Of a DNA stretch of 64,000 bases, positions 32,283 through 41,413 are shown in pieces (the stretch's first letter is position 1; the number at the start of each line of letters is the position of its first letter). The DNA lies in assembly GCA_019873625.1 (NCBI GenBank), contig JAIOAW010000006.1, positions 13,252-77,251 of the forward strand, in the 5' to 3' direction. A program made the position numbers and the translations under genes. Under the pieces are notes generated by a model that made no database searches, was not told the DNA's origin, and saw only the letters and a list, made by a program, of their open reading frames with translations. This DNA is from Chloroflexota bacterium (lineage in GTDB: Bacteria; Chloroflexota; Anaerolineae; UBA1429).

Positions 32283-34214
32283 TTAGCCGGGGCCAAGCAA
32301 GGCTTTACGGACCTCCGTGCCCATACTGAGGGAATGGCTTGTATGGGCCTCCAGCGATGGATAGATAGGGTGCTCTAAAAAAAGGGATGAGGATGGCGGA
32401 GGCGAAATCGTCATCGCACCCTCCAGCCGCACCGCATTGTTCTGGCTTTCCCTTAAAGTTAAACGCTCTCCCGTAGCCCCATTGTACACGCCGATTTCGA
32501 TGGCGTAAGAGCCGTTTGGCCACGCTGCTGAGATGGGTATGAGATGATCGTCTATCACCACCTGGCCACGGCACCAGGTGGTGGGCGGGTATCCTGCGGC
32601 GCTGCCAGGCGCGTGATCGCTTTGGGTGACGAGATGCCCTTCGGCATCCACAACGTGAACAAAAACGGAATAATCAAAATCAGGCGGGCGGATCGCTTGC
32701 CAATAAAGGCGTAAAAGCGCCTCGCTACCCGTTCCCCCAACAGGGGTATTTACCTTTATATCATACCCTTTTAGAGCGATCATTTCGCCAAAGCGATGGT
32801 TTACCTTGTTCGGTGCAAAGAGGAGGCTGGCGCGCGGTGCGGGGGCTACGTCAATATTGGGGTTGATATACTGGATGCCCCGCAAAAAGGGAATGTCCCC
32901 CCAATCCCATAAGCGGTTTGGATTCGTATCCACATTGGCCGGGTAACTGCTCCACAACAACACATTTCGACTCGTGGCGCATCGCCATTGAATCCATCCC
33001 GAAGCAACGGCGGTGAGGCCGAGGGCCACATAAAGGCCCATTCGGTAAGGCACTTTCAACCTCAAAGGACCCTCGAATAAAGGTATGAGATAGAAGGCGA
33101 AAAAAGGGTTCAGATCGGCAAAAAAGCGAGGTCCAGGAGAGTGCCCACCCCACCAACCCGCCGAAAAAACCGAGATAGATACCCAATGAATCACGATAAT
33201 CGCCAGGAGGATTATGTCAATTTTTTTGAGTTGCTTACGATGTATCTTGAGCCATAATCCTACCAAAAAAAAGAGCAAAACAGGGCTGTAGATAAATAGT
33301 CCACGCCCTGGGCTGATGAGAGTACCCGGTAGGCCATCCCAGCGAGGATGGGTTCGCACGGTGCCACTTCCACCGGAAAACGAATAGTAGGGATCAAGCA
33401 ACCTTCCTGATTTGATATAACTATCGGCGAAGACGGGCAAGATCGTTACCAGGCCAAGGCCTACGAAAAGGGGAAAGCGCTTCCGATGCCGAACCAGCAC
33501 GAACAGGCTAAAAAGCGCTATGGGAAGGGCGTTTGTGGGGCGGATAACGTAAGAGAAAAAAAGCGGCAAAGCCGCAGCGTAAACCCAACGGTCATCTTGC
33601 TCGGCGCGGAGTAAAAAATACAGGGTAAGCGAGAGGACGAGCATCGAAGGCCCATGCTGCCAGAGAGATTGGCTGGCGATAGGCCAGGTGTTCATCCCAT
33701 AGGCAAAGAGGAACGACGGGAGGAGAGATCGCCAACGATCCAAATAGAGGCGGCATAAAAAATAGATGACCACCGTCGCTAACGCGGCGATAATCGCCGA
33801 AACGGCCGATTCCAACCTCCCCAAGTACTCTTTTTGAGATTGGGCATAGAGATCCAGATTGAATACGTGCAGGGCTAGCCTATCAAAAAAGTACACAAAA
33901 GGTAAGGCAGTGAGGGTAGGGCCGATAGGATATTGATTATAGATGTGCCCCTGGTACGACCTCGTTGCATATGCATCGCGCCAAGTGATCATATCGCGGT
34001 ATTCGTCGAGGTCAGTGTTCCTTTCGTGGATGAGACTGAGGGCCGTGGGGATGTACCAGCGGGTGTCGCCAAAGTGAACCGCGTGGCCGTTGAATTGAGT
34101 TACAACCATCACGGCAAAAAGGAGAATGGCGATCCAAATGTCTCGCTGGCCCAACCCGCTCGATTTGGAATGCCCCACGACGGTACTCCCATTGGCCTGC
34201 CGAGTGCGGGCCAT
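32283..34214 (-). CDS. GT-C-like polytopic membrane protein (paralog 2, lower GC)
   Basis: Collinear with paralog 1 (…WYIPTALSLIHE.NTDLDEYR…SQSLWQHGPS…LLRAEQDDRW…); sampled 60-nt windows have 38–57% GC versus ~66% for the window. Confidence 0.5.
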   Translation of the reverse strand: MARTRQANGSTVVGHSKSSGLGQRDIWIAILLFAVMVVTQFNGHAVHFGDTRWYIPTALSLIHERNTDLDEYRDMITWRDAYATRSYQGHIYNQYPIGPTLTALPFVYFFDRLALHVFNLDLYAQSQKEYLGRLESAVSAIIAALATVVIYFLCRLYLDRWRSLLPSFLFAYGMNTWPIASQSLWQHGPSMLVLSLTLYFLLRAEQDDRWVYAAALPLFFSYVIRPTNALPIALFSLFVLVRHRKRFPLFVGLGLVTILPVFADSYIKSGRLLDPYYSFSGGSGTVRTHPRWDGLPGTLISPGRGLFIYSPVLLFFLVGLWLKIHRKQLKKIDIILLAIIVIHWVSISVFSAGWWGGHSPGPRFFADLNPFFAFYLIPLFEGPLRLKVPYRMGLYVALGLTAVASGWIQWRCATSRNVLLWSSYPANVDTNPNRLWDWGDIPFLRGIQYINPNIDVAPAPRASLLFAPNKVNHRFGEMIALKGYDIKVNTPVGGTGSEALLRLYWQAIRPPDFDYSVFVHVVDAEGHLVTQSDHAPGSAAGYPPTTWCRGQVVIDDHLIPISAAWPNGSYAIEIGVYNGATGERLTLRESQNNAVRLEGAMTISPPPSSSLFLEHPIYPSLEAHTSHSLSMGTEVRKALLGPG

Positions 34215-34215
34215 A

Positions 34216-35541
34216 CTAGGCGCGCTGAATCGTCATCTTGGCGACGATCTGCCCCCGAAGGTCTTGGAGTTTCTGGCTGAGCGCCGCATCGCCCGCTTTG
34301 GCGTACTGGGCCGCATAGGCATCGAACAGTTTGAGGAACTCGTCGTTTAACAGGCCGCGGTGCTCTTCGAGGATTTTGCCCGTCTCGCCGGGATAGTCGG
34401 CGCGCAAAAGGCGGCCGATGAGCCGCATCGCGGGCGGCAGATCCTCCTCCAGCACCTCTTGGGCCACGCGCGAGAGGCGCTCGAACTGCTCCATACGCCG
34501 CGTGTCGTTGCGGGCCGAGGCGCGCCCATACAGGCGGCTGAGGACGATGAAAAAGATCTCGTCAATCTCCTCGCGGTGGGCACGCACCGCCGCCGGCAAA
34601 TCCTCCGCCTCGAGGAGTTCCATAATGAGCAGGCTGGCCTCGTCCTCCGCCTCGCGCAAGCGATTGCGCTGGGCGTCTATCTCTGCGAGGATGCTCTCTC
34701 GCAGGGCGCTCAAGGCCTTGGCCTTTTCGGCATCTCCCTGGCGTTCGGCCTCTTCGATGCGCGCCGTGAGGGTTTGGAAGAAGGCGTAGTCCAGCCGCGG
34801 CAGGTTGAGGGCGATCGTCTGGCTCCAGGTAGGCCCGCCCCGGGCCTTCTGGAGCATTTCGATGAACTCGTCAAAGGTCGTGGCCTGTTGAGCAGGGGTC
34901 GCCGTAGGCGAGACGCGCTCCAGCAGCCGATCGCGCAGCGCTTCCAGTTTTTCGGCGCTCTCTCGAGACCCCCTCTGGGCCTCCATCTCGATGAACTCGC
35001 TCAGCGTCAGGAAAAAGGCGTAATCCAGCCGCTCGCGGTTTTCGGAGACGAGTTTTTCGAAGGTAACCTCATCCTCTAGGGCGGCTACGAGATCATCTAT
35101 CAAGCGGATGAGGGCGCGTTGGGCCTCGAGCGCCTCTTTGCTGATGCCGTCGGCCTCTAGAATGGCGTCATAGAGGCCCTCGAGGGTGAGCGCCGTCTTG
35201 GGGTGGAGGAAATAGGCCTTGCGCCCTTCGGGGGGCAGGCTGTTCATCACGGTGTTCACCAGGCTGCCGATGAGGCGCTCCTGTTCCTCCGCCGGCAGGC
35301 CCATCTCAGGCGGCACGAAAGCGATGAGCAACTCTTTAGCCGGGTCATGATACAAGAGGGGGGTGCTCAAAAGGCCGTTGCTCCCGCAGTGCGGGCACTG
35401 AGCGCGGTTGACCTCCCCCGCGAGGAAGCGCTCTTTGAGTTCCGGCTCTTGGCCTACATCTATGATAGTGCGCAGTTGCACGATAAAGGGTTGTTTGCAG
35501 CGTGGGCATACCACGCGCGAGGGAATCGCAGGGAATGCCAT
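34216..35541 (-). CDS. CpXC-domain protein with four internal ~42-aa repeats
   Basis: N-terminal CPRC…CPHC zinc-ribbon (CpXC); C-terminal repeats RERLDYAFFLTLSEFIE… / LPRLDYAFFQTLTARIE… / REEIDEIFFIVLSRLYG… / RGLLNDEFLKLFDAYAA…. Confidence 0.55.
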   Translation of the reverse strand: MAFPAIPSRVVCPRCKQPFIVQLRTIIDVGQEPELKERFLAGEVNRAQCPHCGSNGLLSTPLLYHDPAKELLIAFVPPEMGLPAEEQERLIGSLVNTVMNSLPPEGRKAYFLHPKTALTLEGLYDAILEADGISKEALEAQRALIRLIDDLVAALEDEVTFEKLVSENRERLDYAFFLTLSEFIEMEAQRGSRESAEKLEALRDRLLERVSPTATPAQQATTFDEFIEMLQKARGGPTWSQTIALNLPRLDYAFFQTLTARIEEAERQGDAEKAKALSALRESILAEIDAQRNRLREAEDEASLLIMELLEAEDLPAAVRAHREEIDEIFFIVLSRLYGRASARNDTRRMEQFERLSRVAQEVLEEDLPPAMRLIGRLLRADYPGETGKILEEHRGLLNDEFLKLFDAYAAQYAKAGDAALSQKLQDLRGQIVAKMTIQRA

Positions 35542-35577
35542 ATCCCTTAGGCCTCCTCCATCAGGTTAAGACGGCGC

Positions 35578-36273
35578 TCACACCCACCGTAAGGGGCGCC
35601 TTCTGGCAAGGATGCGCTCCACCAAGGCGTGCGGGTTCGTTACCGTCGCGGCGAGCACCTCCTCCTCCGTCAGGCCCGCGCCGGCAGCGACGCGTTGGGC
35701 GAACTCCAGGGTGATGAGGTCGGAGGGGTCGTGCGCATCGGTATCGAGCACCATCGGCGCGCCGGCCTCGCGGCAGAGGCGGGCCACGTAGCCGTTGGTG
35801 AGCGAATGCCCTTGCCGGGCCGTGATCTCGATAAGGCAGCCGCGCTCGGCGGCCAGGCGCGCCTCTTCGAGGGTGAGGAACCCCGGATGGGCCAGCACGT
35901 CTACCGCCAGCGAGGAAACGGCCGCCCGATTCGTGCCCGGCGCCACCGGCTCTACGATCGTCTCCCCGTGGACGACGACGATTTCCGCGCCGATTGCCTT
36001 GGCGCGGCGCGCGAGGCGGTCAATGCTCATCGGGGCCACATGGGTGAGTTCCACCCCCACGAGGAGGTGCAGGCCGAAATCCTCCGCCTGGTCCTCGGCC
36101 ACGCGGCGCAAGGCGCGGATGATCTCCGCCATATTCGAGGCGTCGACATGGTCGGTGATGGCCACGGCCCCGTGCCCCAAGACGCTCGCCCGGCGCAATA
36201 ACTCGGAGGGCAAGAGCGATCCGTCGCTCAGAATCGAATGGGTATGCAAGTCTATTCGCTGTGCGCGTTCCAT
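35578..36273 (-). CDS. PHP-domain metal-dependent phosphoesterase
   Basis: IDLHTHSILSDG (HxH), AITDH, …DTDAHD… motifs. Confidence 0.8.
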   Translation of the reverse strand: MERAQRIDLHTHSILSDGSLLPSELLRRASVLGHGAVAITDHVDASNMAEIIRALRRVAEDQAEDFGLHLLVGVELTHVAPMSIDRLARRAKAIGAEIVVVHGETIVEPVAPGTNRAAVSSLAVDVLAHPGFLTLEEARLAAERGCLIEITARQGHSLTNGYVARLCREAGAPMVLDTDAHDPSDLITLEFAQRVAAGAGLTEEEVLAATVTNPHALVERILARRRPLRWV

Positions 36274-36283
36274 GGTAGGGTTT

Positions 36284-36311
36284 AGTATATCTTTCCGTTT
36301 GGCTCTGTCAA
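36284..36311 (-). promoter_or_regulatory. Candidate sigma70 promoter for the PHP gene (-35 TTGACA, 16 nt, -10 TATACT), near-leaderless
   Basis: Minus-strand read: TTGACAgagccaaacggaaagaTATACTaaaccctaccATG. Confidence 0.4.
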
Positions 36312-36330
36312 CGGGTCGTGCTCCAGATAG

Positions 36331-36512
36331 GGCGCGCGAGGCGGGAGCCCCGCGCGCGGGCCAGAAGCCCGCGTTCCCTTTTCCGCCCTCGCCCTAGCCC
36401 TCTCCCGCCCCAACGCGGGAGAGGGAACCGGAGCGCGAGGCTCCCGCCTCGCGTGCGGGCCAGAGGCCCGCGCTCCATATTTTCCCCTCTCCCACCTAAC
36501 GTGGGAGAGGGT
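36331..36512 (-). repeat. Two tandem degenerate copies of a ~90-nt GC-rich multi-stem-loop unit
   Basis: Each unit (minus strand): CCCTCTCCCRC-GTTRG-GYGGGAGAGGG hairpin, then GCGGGCYTCTGGCCCGC hairpin, then CGCGAGGC…GCCTCGCG hairpin; immediately after the lhr stop (36533) and before the PHP promoter. Confidence 0.6.
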
Positions 36513-36532
36513 TAGGGTGAGGGTGGAGCGCT

Positions 36533-39500
36533 TCACAGCCCATCCCACACCATAGCCGGCGGCTCGCGGCGGAACCCCAGCCGTTCCAAGAGCCACCGCG
36601 CCTCCCCTTCCAAGGGCGAAGCGCCGTTCCAGGTGCGCACCCAAACGCGCCGAGGTTGGGCGCAAAGGCCCCCCTCTCGGGTGAGGTGGTCGCGGCAGAG
36701 ACGCACGGCCTCCAGCAGGCGGTTCGCATCGGAGGAGCGGCCCGTCCACCGCGCGGAGCCATGCTCGTAGGAAAGGATGGGCCTCCCCTGCCAGAGGACG
36801 ACGTAATTGGAGGGCAAACGGCTGAGGTGAAAGCCCGATCCACCGCTAGCGCCGGCTGAGGAGAGGTCCTCTTCCGCGCCGCGCCCGTAGACAAATGCCG
36901 GGTCGCAGGCGTTGAGGAGGGTGAGGGTCTCCTCTTCGGCAACCTCTCGCGCGCAGGTGCGCAGTTCTTCCACCGCTTCCGGCAGGGCGAATTGCAGGCC
37001 CGCCAACCCTTGGACGAAATAACCCCTGCGTACTTGGCCGCGCATCTCCATCAAAGCGAGTTGGCGGTAGAGGGAAGGCCAATCTGCCAACCCCGTTTCG
37101 CGCTCCAAGAGGTCGCGCGCCACCACGCCATAGCGCAAGAGGAGTTGCCGAGCCTGGAGTTCGGCCCGTTCTTCTTCCGCAACGCCGCGGCCCCAAATGC
37201 CCACCCTATGCACCAGCGACCAGCGCCCCGGCCAGCGCGTGGGCGGCGCGAGGCGCGGCTCGATGCGCTGGCGGGCCTCACGCCGCCGAGAAGCGGAGGG
37301 GCGCACCCCCGCGAGAGGGGCATATTGGGCGCGCCAGCGGCGCAAATCGGCATCGAGGGCGCTCAAAGCGGGGCGCTCGGCATCGGCCGGCGCGTAATCA
37401 AGGGCCTGGCGCAGCGCGCCAAAGTGGTCGTTCGTCACCAAAGCCGCAAGGAGGAGTTCGACGAGCGCGCCGTCCAAGGTCGCCGCACTGAGGCCCAAGG
37501 CGCGCTGAATATCCGAGGCGTAGCAAGCCCCTTCCTGGCGCAAGAAGGCCCACACGGCGCGCGCCGCCTCGCTGAGCGAGGCCTCTTCTTCGGCGATTTC
37601 GGGGGGAAGCAGCCAGGCCCCCTCCCCACGGAAGAGAAATCTGAGCGCCGTGCGGCGCGCATCCCCCCCAGAGGCGACCCAAACCAAATCCCCTTGCGTC
37701 GAGAGCGTGTCGAGCATCGCGGGGCGGTAGTCGCTCACGCGCAAAGCCAAGAGGTCGCGTTCCCACACGATGGCGGGCGCGGCATAGCCGCGCAGTTGCT
37801 GGAGGGCGCGCAAAAGGCCGGCCTCGCCGGCCAGGCGGTGGGCCGGGTGGGCGTGCTGCCAGCGCAAGGTGAACTCCGCATAGGCCGCCCAAGGGACGGG
37901 CTTCACCTCTTGGCGCAGGAGGTTGAGGGTGCGCCGGTGGATGCGCTCGAGCACACGGCGGTCGCACCACTCGGTTTGTGCGGCGCCTGGGCTGAGCCGC
38001 CCCGTGGCGACTCGCCCCGTCTCGACCATCTCGTTCAAGGTTTGGTCGAGCCAATCCTCCGGGAAAGCATACCGTGCGAGGATTTGTTCCTTGGTGAGCG
38101 GCCCGTGCGAGCGCAAAAGGACGCGCAAGAGCACCTCACGGGCGGCCTCGGGCGTGTGCCGGGGGACGAGATCCGGGGGCGGCGGGAAGGGCAATTCGCC
38201 CTCGCACAGGAGCGCGTCGCGGTAGCGCCAGTAATCTTCGGCGGCGATCCACGCTATGCGCGGCCCTTGGCTCGTAGGGATGGTCATCCGCAGGGCCAGC
38301 CCCTCGGCGGCGAGCCGCAACAGCCAGGCCTCGGCCTCGCCGCCCGCGCGCTCGCGCACCTCCTCGATGCTGAGATCGCCCAATTCGTGCAAGAGGGTGA
38401 GCAACTCTTCTGCGCTGCGCGCTCGGTAACCCTCGGCCAGGTGCTGAAGTTCCTGCTCCACCTGGGCGATGGCCTCCGGCCGCAGGAGATCGGGCAGGGC
38501 GCCCTCCTCGAGGAGTTGGGCCAAGAGTTCGCGGTTGATGGAAAGGGCCTGCATCTGGCGCTCGAGGTGGGGCGCATCCGTATCGTAGAGGTGCACGGCC
38601 ATAAACTCAAAGAGCAGCCCCGCCGCTACGGGCGAGGGAACGAGCGTTTCCGCCTCGACGATGCGAATCTCCCCGTTGCGGATTTGCCCCAGCACCTCCA
38701 AAAGGTGCTCCAGGTCCAACACGTCGCGCAGGCAATCCCGGTAGGTCTCGACGAGGATGGGGAAATCCTCATATCCCCGCACAGAGGCCAAAAGTTCTTT
38801 GGCTCGGAGCCGTTGGAGCCAGAAGGGCGTTCGCCGTTTGGCGCCGCTGAGGCCCGGCAGGAGGAGGGCACGGGCCGCGTTCATACGGAACTGGGCACCA
38901 AACAGCGCCGAGTTGGGCAGTTCGGCCAGGATGCGCTCCCGCGCCTCCTCTGGCCCGAGGGAGCGCACGAGGTCAAGCGGCAGTTCGCGCTCGGCATCCA
39001 GAAAGCGGAAGAGGAGGCCATCGTCGTTGACCTGCACCTCCACTTGCAGGCCCCTTTCCTCGCGCATCGCGTGGGCCAGGGCCAGCGCCCAGGCGCTATT
39101 GACGCGCCCGCCGAAGCAGGAATGGATGACCATACGCTGGTCGCCTAGGGCATCGGTAAAGGTCTCGACGACGATGGTGCGGTCAGAAGAGATCGCCCCC
39201 ACCACATCGAATTGCTGGCGCACGTAATGGGCCGCGTTGCGCGCCGAGTTCTCGTCGAGGGCGTATTCCTGCATCAGCCATTGGAGCACGGGTTGGGTTT
39301 CGGGAGGCCATTCGCCGATGGGCGTTTCGGGGATGGGGAGGTCCCTTACACGCTCGGCCAGAGCGCGGCGGAAGCGCCCCAACCTCAGGCCCATATGGTA
39401 ATCTCGCTTGGGGAGTTCGCCGTGCCAAAAGGGCATACGGGGCAGGCTACCGGCCGCATCGGTTACGATGAGTTTATCCTCGTCTATATCTATGACGCGC

Positions 39501-41245
39501 CAGGTGTTCGAGCCGAGGGCAAAGACGTCGCCTTTTTGCGTTTCGAACACAAACTCTTCGTCCAGGGTGCCGATGGAGGTCTTGCGATCGGGTAGGTAGA
39601 CGCGAAACTCGCCCCGGTCGGCGATGGTGCCCCCATTGCGGATGGCCAAGAGGCGGCTGCCCGGCAGGGGGAGGAGCATATGATGCACCCGATCCCACAC
39701 CAGGCGGGGGCGCAATTCGCGGAAGGCCTCCGTAGGGTAGCCGCCGCTGAGCATCTTGAGCACAGCCTCCAGGGCGGGGCGGGAGAGGTCTTGGTAACCG
39801 TAGGCCTGGCGCACCAGGCGATGGAGCGCCTCGACGCTCCAAGGTTCGCAGGCCACCATGGCCACGATCTGTTGGGCCAAGACGTCTAGGCAGTTCTTGG
39901 GGGTGTAGGTCGGTTCGATATCGCCGTGGAGCATACCGTGGGCCACGGCGGCGGCATCCAACAGGTCTTCCCGGTGGGTGGCATAGATGCGCCCCACACT
40001 CGTTTGCCCCACCAGGTGGCCCGATCGCCCCACGCGCTGCAGGCCGCGCGCGATGCTCCGAGGCGATTGCAATTGCAGGACGATATCCACCGAGCCGATA
40101 TCAATGCCCAACTCGAGCGAACTCGTGGCCACTAGCGCAGGCAGCGCCCCGGCCTTGAGCCGCCGCTCCAGGTCCAGCCGCACCTCGCGCGATACGCTGC
40201 CGTGGTGTGCGCGGAACGGCCCCCCGACGCGCCCTGTGCCGAACATCCCCTCGCCCTTGGGGGCGCCATCTGCCAAGAGGGCAGCGGGCGAGCCGGGGGG
40301 CACCTCTTCGCTTTCCTCCATGGCATACTGCTCGTTAAGGCGATCGGCGGCCCGTTCGGCACCACGGCGCCCATTCGTAAAGATGAGCGTGGTGCGGTGC
40401 CGGCGCACTTCTTCCAGCACATGGGGGATGAGGCTTGGCCAAATGCTGCCCCCGATGACCTGCCGCAAATCGGGCACCACGGTCACCACGCGCAGGTCCA
40501 TCTTTTTTTGCGCGCCGGCGTTGATAATCGTTACCGGCCGAGAGACGAGGCGCTCGCTGCCTTGCTCATCTACCTCCCACGTTTGCCCCACCAGGAAGCG
40601 CCCCACCTCCTCCAACGGGCGCTGGGTGGCCGAAAGGCCAATGCGCTGGAACTCCCGCCCCGTGAGGTGGACGAGCCGCTCTAGGCTCAGGGCCAGGTGC
40701 ACCCCGCGTTTGGTGCCAGAGAGCGTATGGATTTCATCCACGATGACCGTCTGCACGGCGCGCAGGATCTCCCGCGCTTGGGGGCTGGTGAGGATGAGGT
40801 ACAGCGATTCGGGCGTGGTGATGAGGATATGGGGCGGCTGTTTGGCCATCCGCTGGCGTTCGGAGGGAGGCGTATCGCCCGTGCGCACGGCGATATGCAG
40901 GGGCGGCAAATCTATCCCCTCTCGCTTGGCCGTGTAGCGGATGCCCGCCAGCGGTTCCCGCAAGTTGCGGGCGATATCGTTATTCAGGGCCTTGAGGGGC
41001 GAAATGTACAAGAGGCACACCCCTCGCAGCGACGGATCGTGCAAGAGGCCCTCGAAAAGGCGTTGAATGCCCCAGAGGAAGGCGGCCAAGGTCTTGCCCG
41101 AACCGGTGGGCGAAAAGATGAGGGTATTTTCGCCGCGTTGGATGGCCGGCCAGCCCAAGGCCTGCGGAGGCGTCGGCTCGCCGTACGTGGCGCGGAACCA
41201 ATCTCGGATGGGCGGCAAGAAGGATTCAAGCGGCGTGGACATCAT
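36533..41245 (-). CDS. lhr: Lhr-family large ATP-dependent helicase (Lhr-Core + C-terminal domains)
   Basis: MMSTPLESFLPPIRDWFRATYGEPTPPQALGWPAIQRGENTLIFSPTGSGKTLAAF (motif I), DEIH, helicase C motifs; ~1570 aa; start trimmed to MMSTPLE. Confidence 0.85.
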   Translation of the reverse strand: MMSTPLESFLPPIRDWFRATYGEPTPPQALGWPAIQRGENTLIFSPTGSGKTLAAFLWGIQRLFEGLLHDPSLRGVCLLYISPLKALNNDIARNLREPLAGIRYTAKREGIDLPPLHIAVRTGDTPPSERQRMAKQPPHILITTPESLYLILTSPQAREILRAVQTVIVDEIHTLSGTKRGVHLALSLERLVHLTGREFQRIGLSATQRPLEEVGRFLVGQTWEVDEQGSERLVSRPVTIINAGAQKKMDLRVVTVVPDLRQVIGGSIWPSLIPHVLEEVRRHRTTLIFTNGRRGAERAADRLNEQYAMEESEEVPPGSPAALLADGAPKGEGMFGTGRVGGPFRAHHGSVSREVRLDLERRLKAGALPALVATSSLELGIDIGSVDIVLQLQSPRSIARGLQRVGRSGHLVGQTSVGRIYATHREDLLDAAAVAHGMLHGDIEPTYTPKNCLDVLAQQIVAMVACEPWSVEALHRLVRQAYGYQDLSRPALEAVLKMLSGGYPTEAFRELRPRLVWDRVHHMLLPLPGSRLLAIRNGGTIADRGEFRVYLPDRKTSIGTLDEEFVFETQKGDVFALGSNTWRVIDIDEDKLIVTDAAGSLPRMPFWHGELPKRDYHMGLRLGRFRRALAERVRDLPIPETPIGEWPPETQPVLQWLMQEYALDENSARNAAHYVRQQFDVVGAISSDRTIVVETFTDALGDQRMVIHSCFGGRVNSAWALALAHAMREERGLQVEVQVNDDGLLFRFLDAERELPLDLVRSLGPEEARERILAELPNSALFGAQFRMNAARALLLPGLSGAKRRTPFWLQRLRAKELLASVRGYEDFPILVETYRDCLRDVLDLEHLLEVLGQIRNGEIRIVEAETLVPSPVAAGLLFEFMAVHLYDTDAPHLERQMQALSINRELLAQLLEEGALPDLLRPEAIAQVEQELQHLAEGYRARSAEELLTLLHELGDLSIEEVRERAGGEAEAWLLRLAAEGLALRMTIPTSQGPRIAWIAAEDYWRYRDALLCEGELPFPPPPDLVPRHTPEAAREVLLRVLLRSHGPLTKEQILARYAFPEDWLDQTLNEMVETGRVATGRLSPGAAQTEWCDRRVLERIHRRTLNLLRQEVKPVPWAAYAEFTLRWQHAHPAHRLAGEAGLLRALQQLRGYAAPAIVWERDLLALRVSDYRPAMLDTLSTQGDLVWVASGGDARRTALRFLFRGEGAWLLPPEIAEEEASLSEAARAVWAFLRQEGACYASDIQRALGLSAATLDGALVELLLAALVTNDHFGALRQALDYAPADAERPALSALDADLRRWRAQYAPLAGVRPSASRRREARQRIEPRLAPPTRWPGRWSLVHRVGIWGRGVAEEERAELQARQLLLRYGVVARDLLERETGLADWPSLYRQLALMEMRGQVRRGYFVQGLAGLQFALPEAVEELRTCAREVAEEETLTLLNACDPAFVYGRGAEEDLSSAGASGGSGFHLSRLPSNYVVLWQGRPILSYEHGSARWTGRSSDANRLLEAVRLCRDHLTREGGLCAQPRRVWVRTWNGASPLEGEARWLLERLGFRREPPAMVWDGL

Positions 41246-41413
41246 CCGTCCTTTCTGGGGGCATCTTATAGCATACCCCAGAATAACCGCGCTGCAAACA
41301 AAGGGTGAGGGCGTTCTATCCCACCCGTTTGACCAGCCCCCCATTCGGGGGCACAATAAAAAGGAAGAATCCCTCGGCGCCCCAAGGCGTGCTTACTCTT
41401 GAGGAGGGTTCCT

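Noticed and set aside
36331-36512. Possible CRISPR array
   Set aside because: Only two degenerate tandem units of ~90 nt with internal palindromes, no unique spacers and no cas genes; it is a structured repeat element, not a CRISPR.
36992-39148. 718-aa plus-strand ORF (and 39987..40937, 316 aa) inside lhr
   Set aside because: Antisense to the Lhr helicase gene; Arg/Ala/Gly/Pro-biased composition and no recognisable domains. The same reasoning applies to other long antisense ORFs: 7813..9171, 11460..12491, 14400..15200, 17514..18614, 26178..27041, 27072..27941, 42861..44114, 45080..45991, 50257..50973 and 62049..63212.
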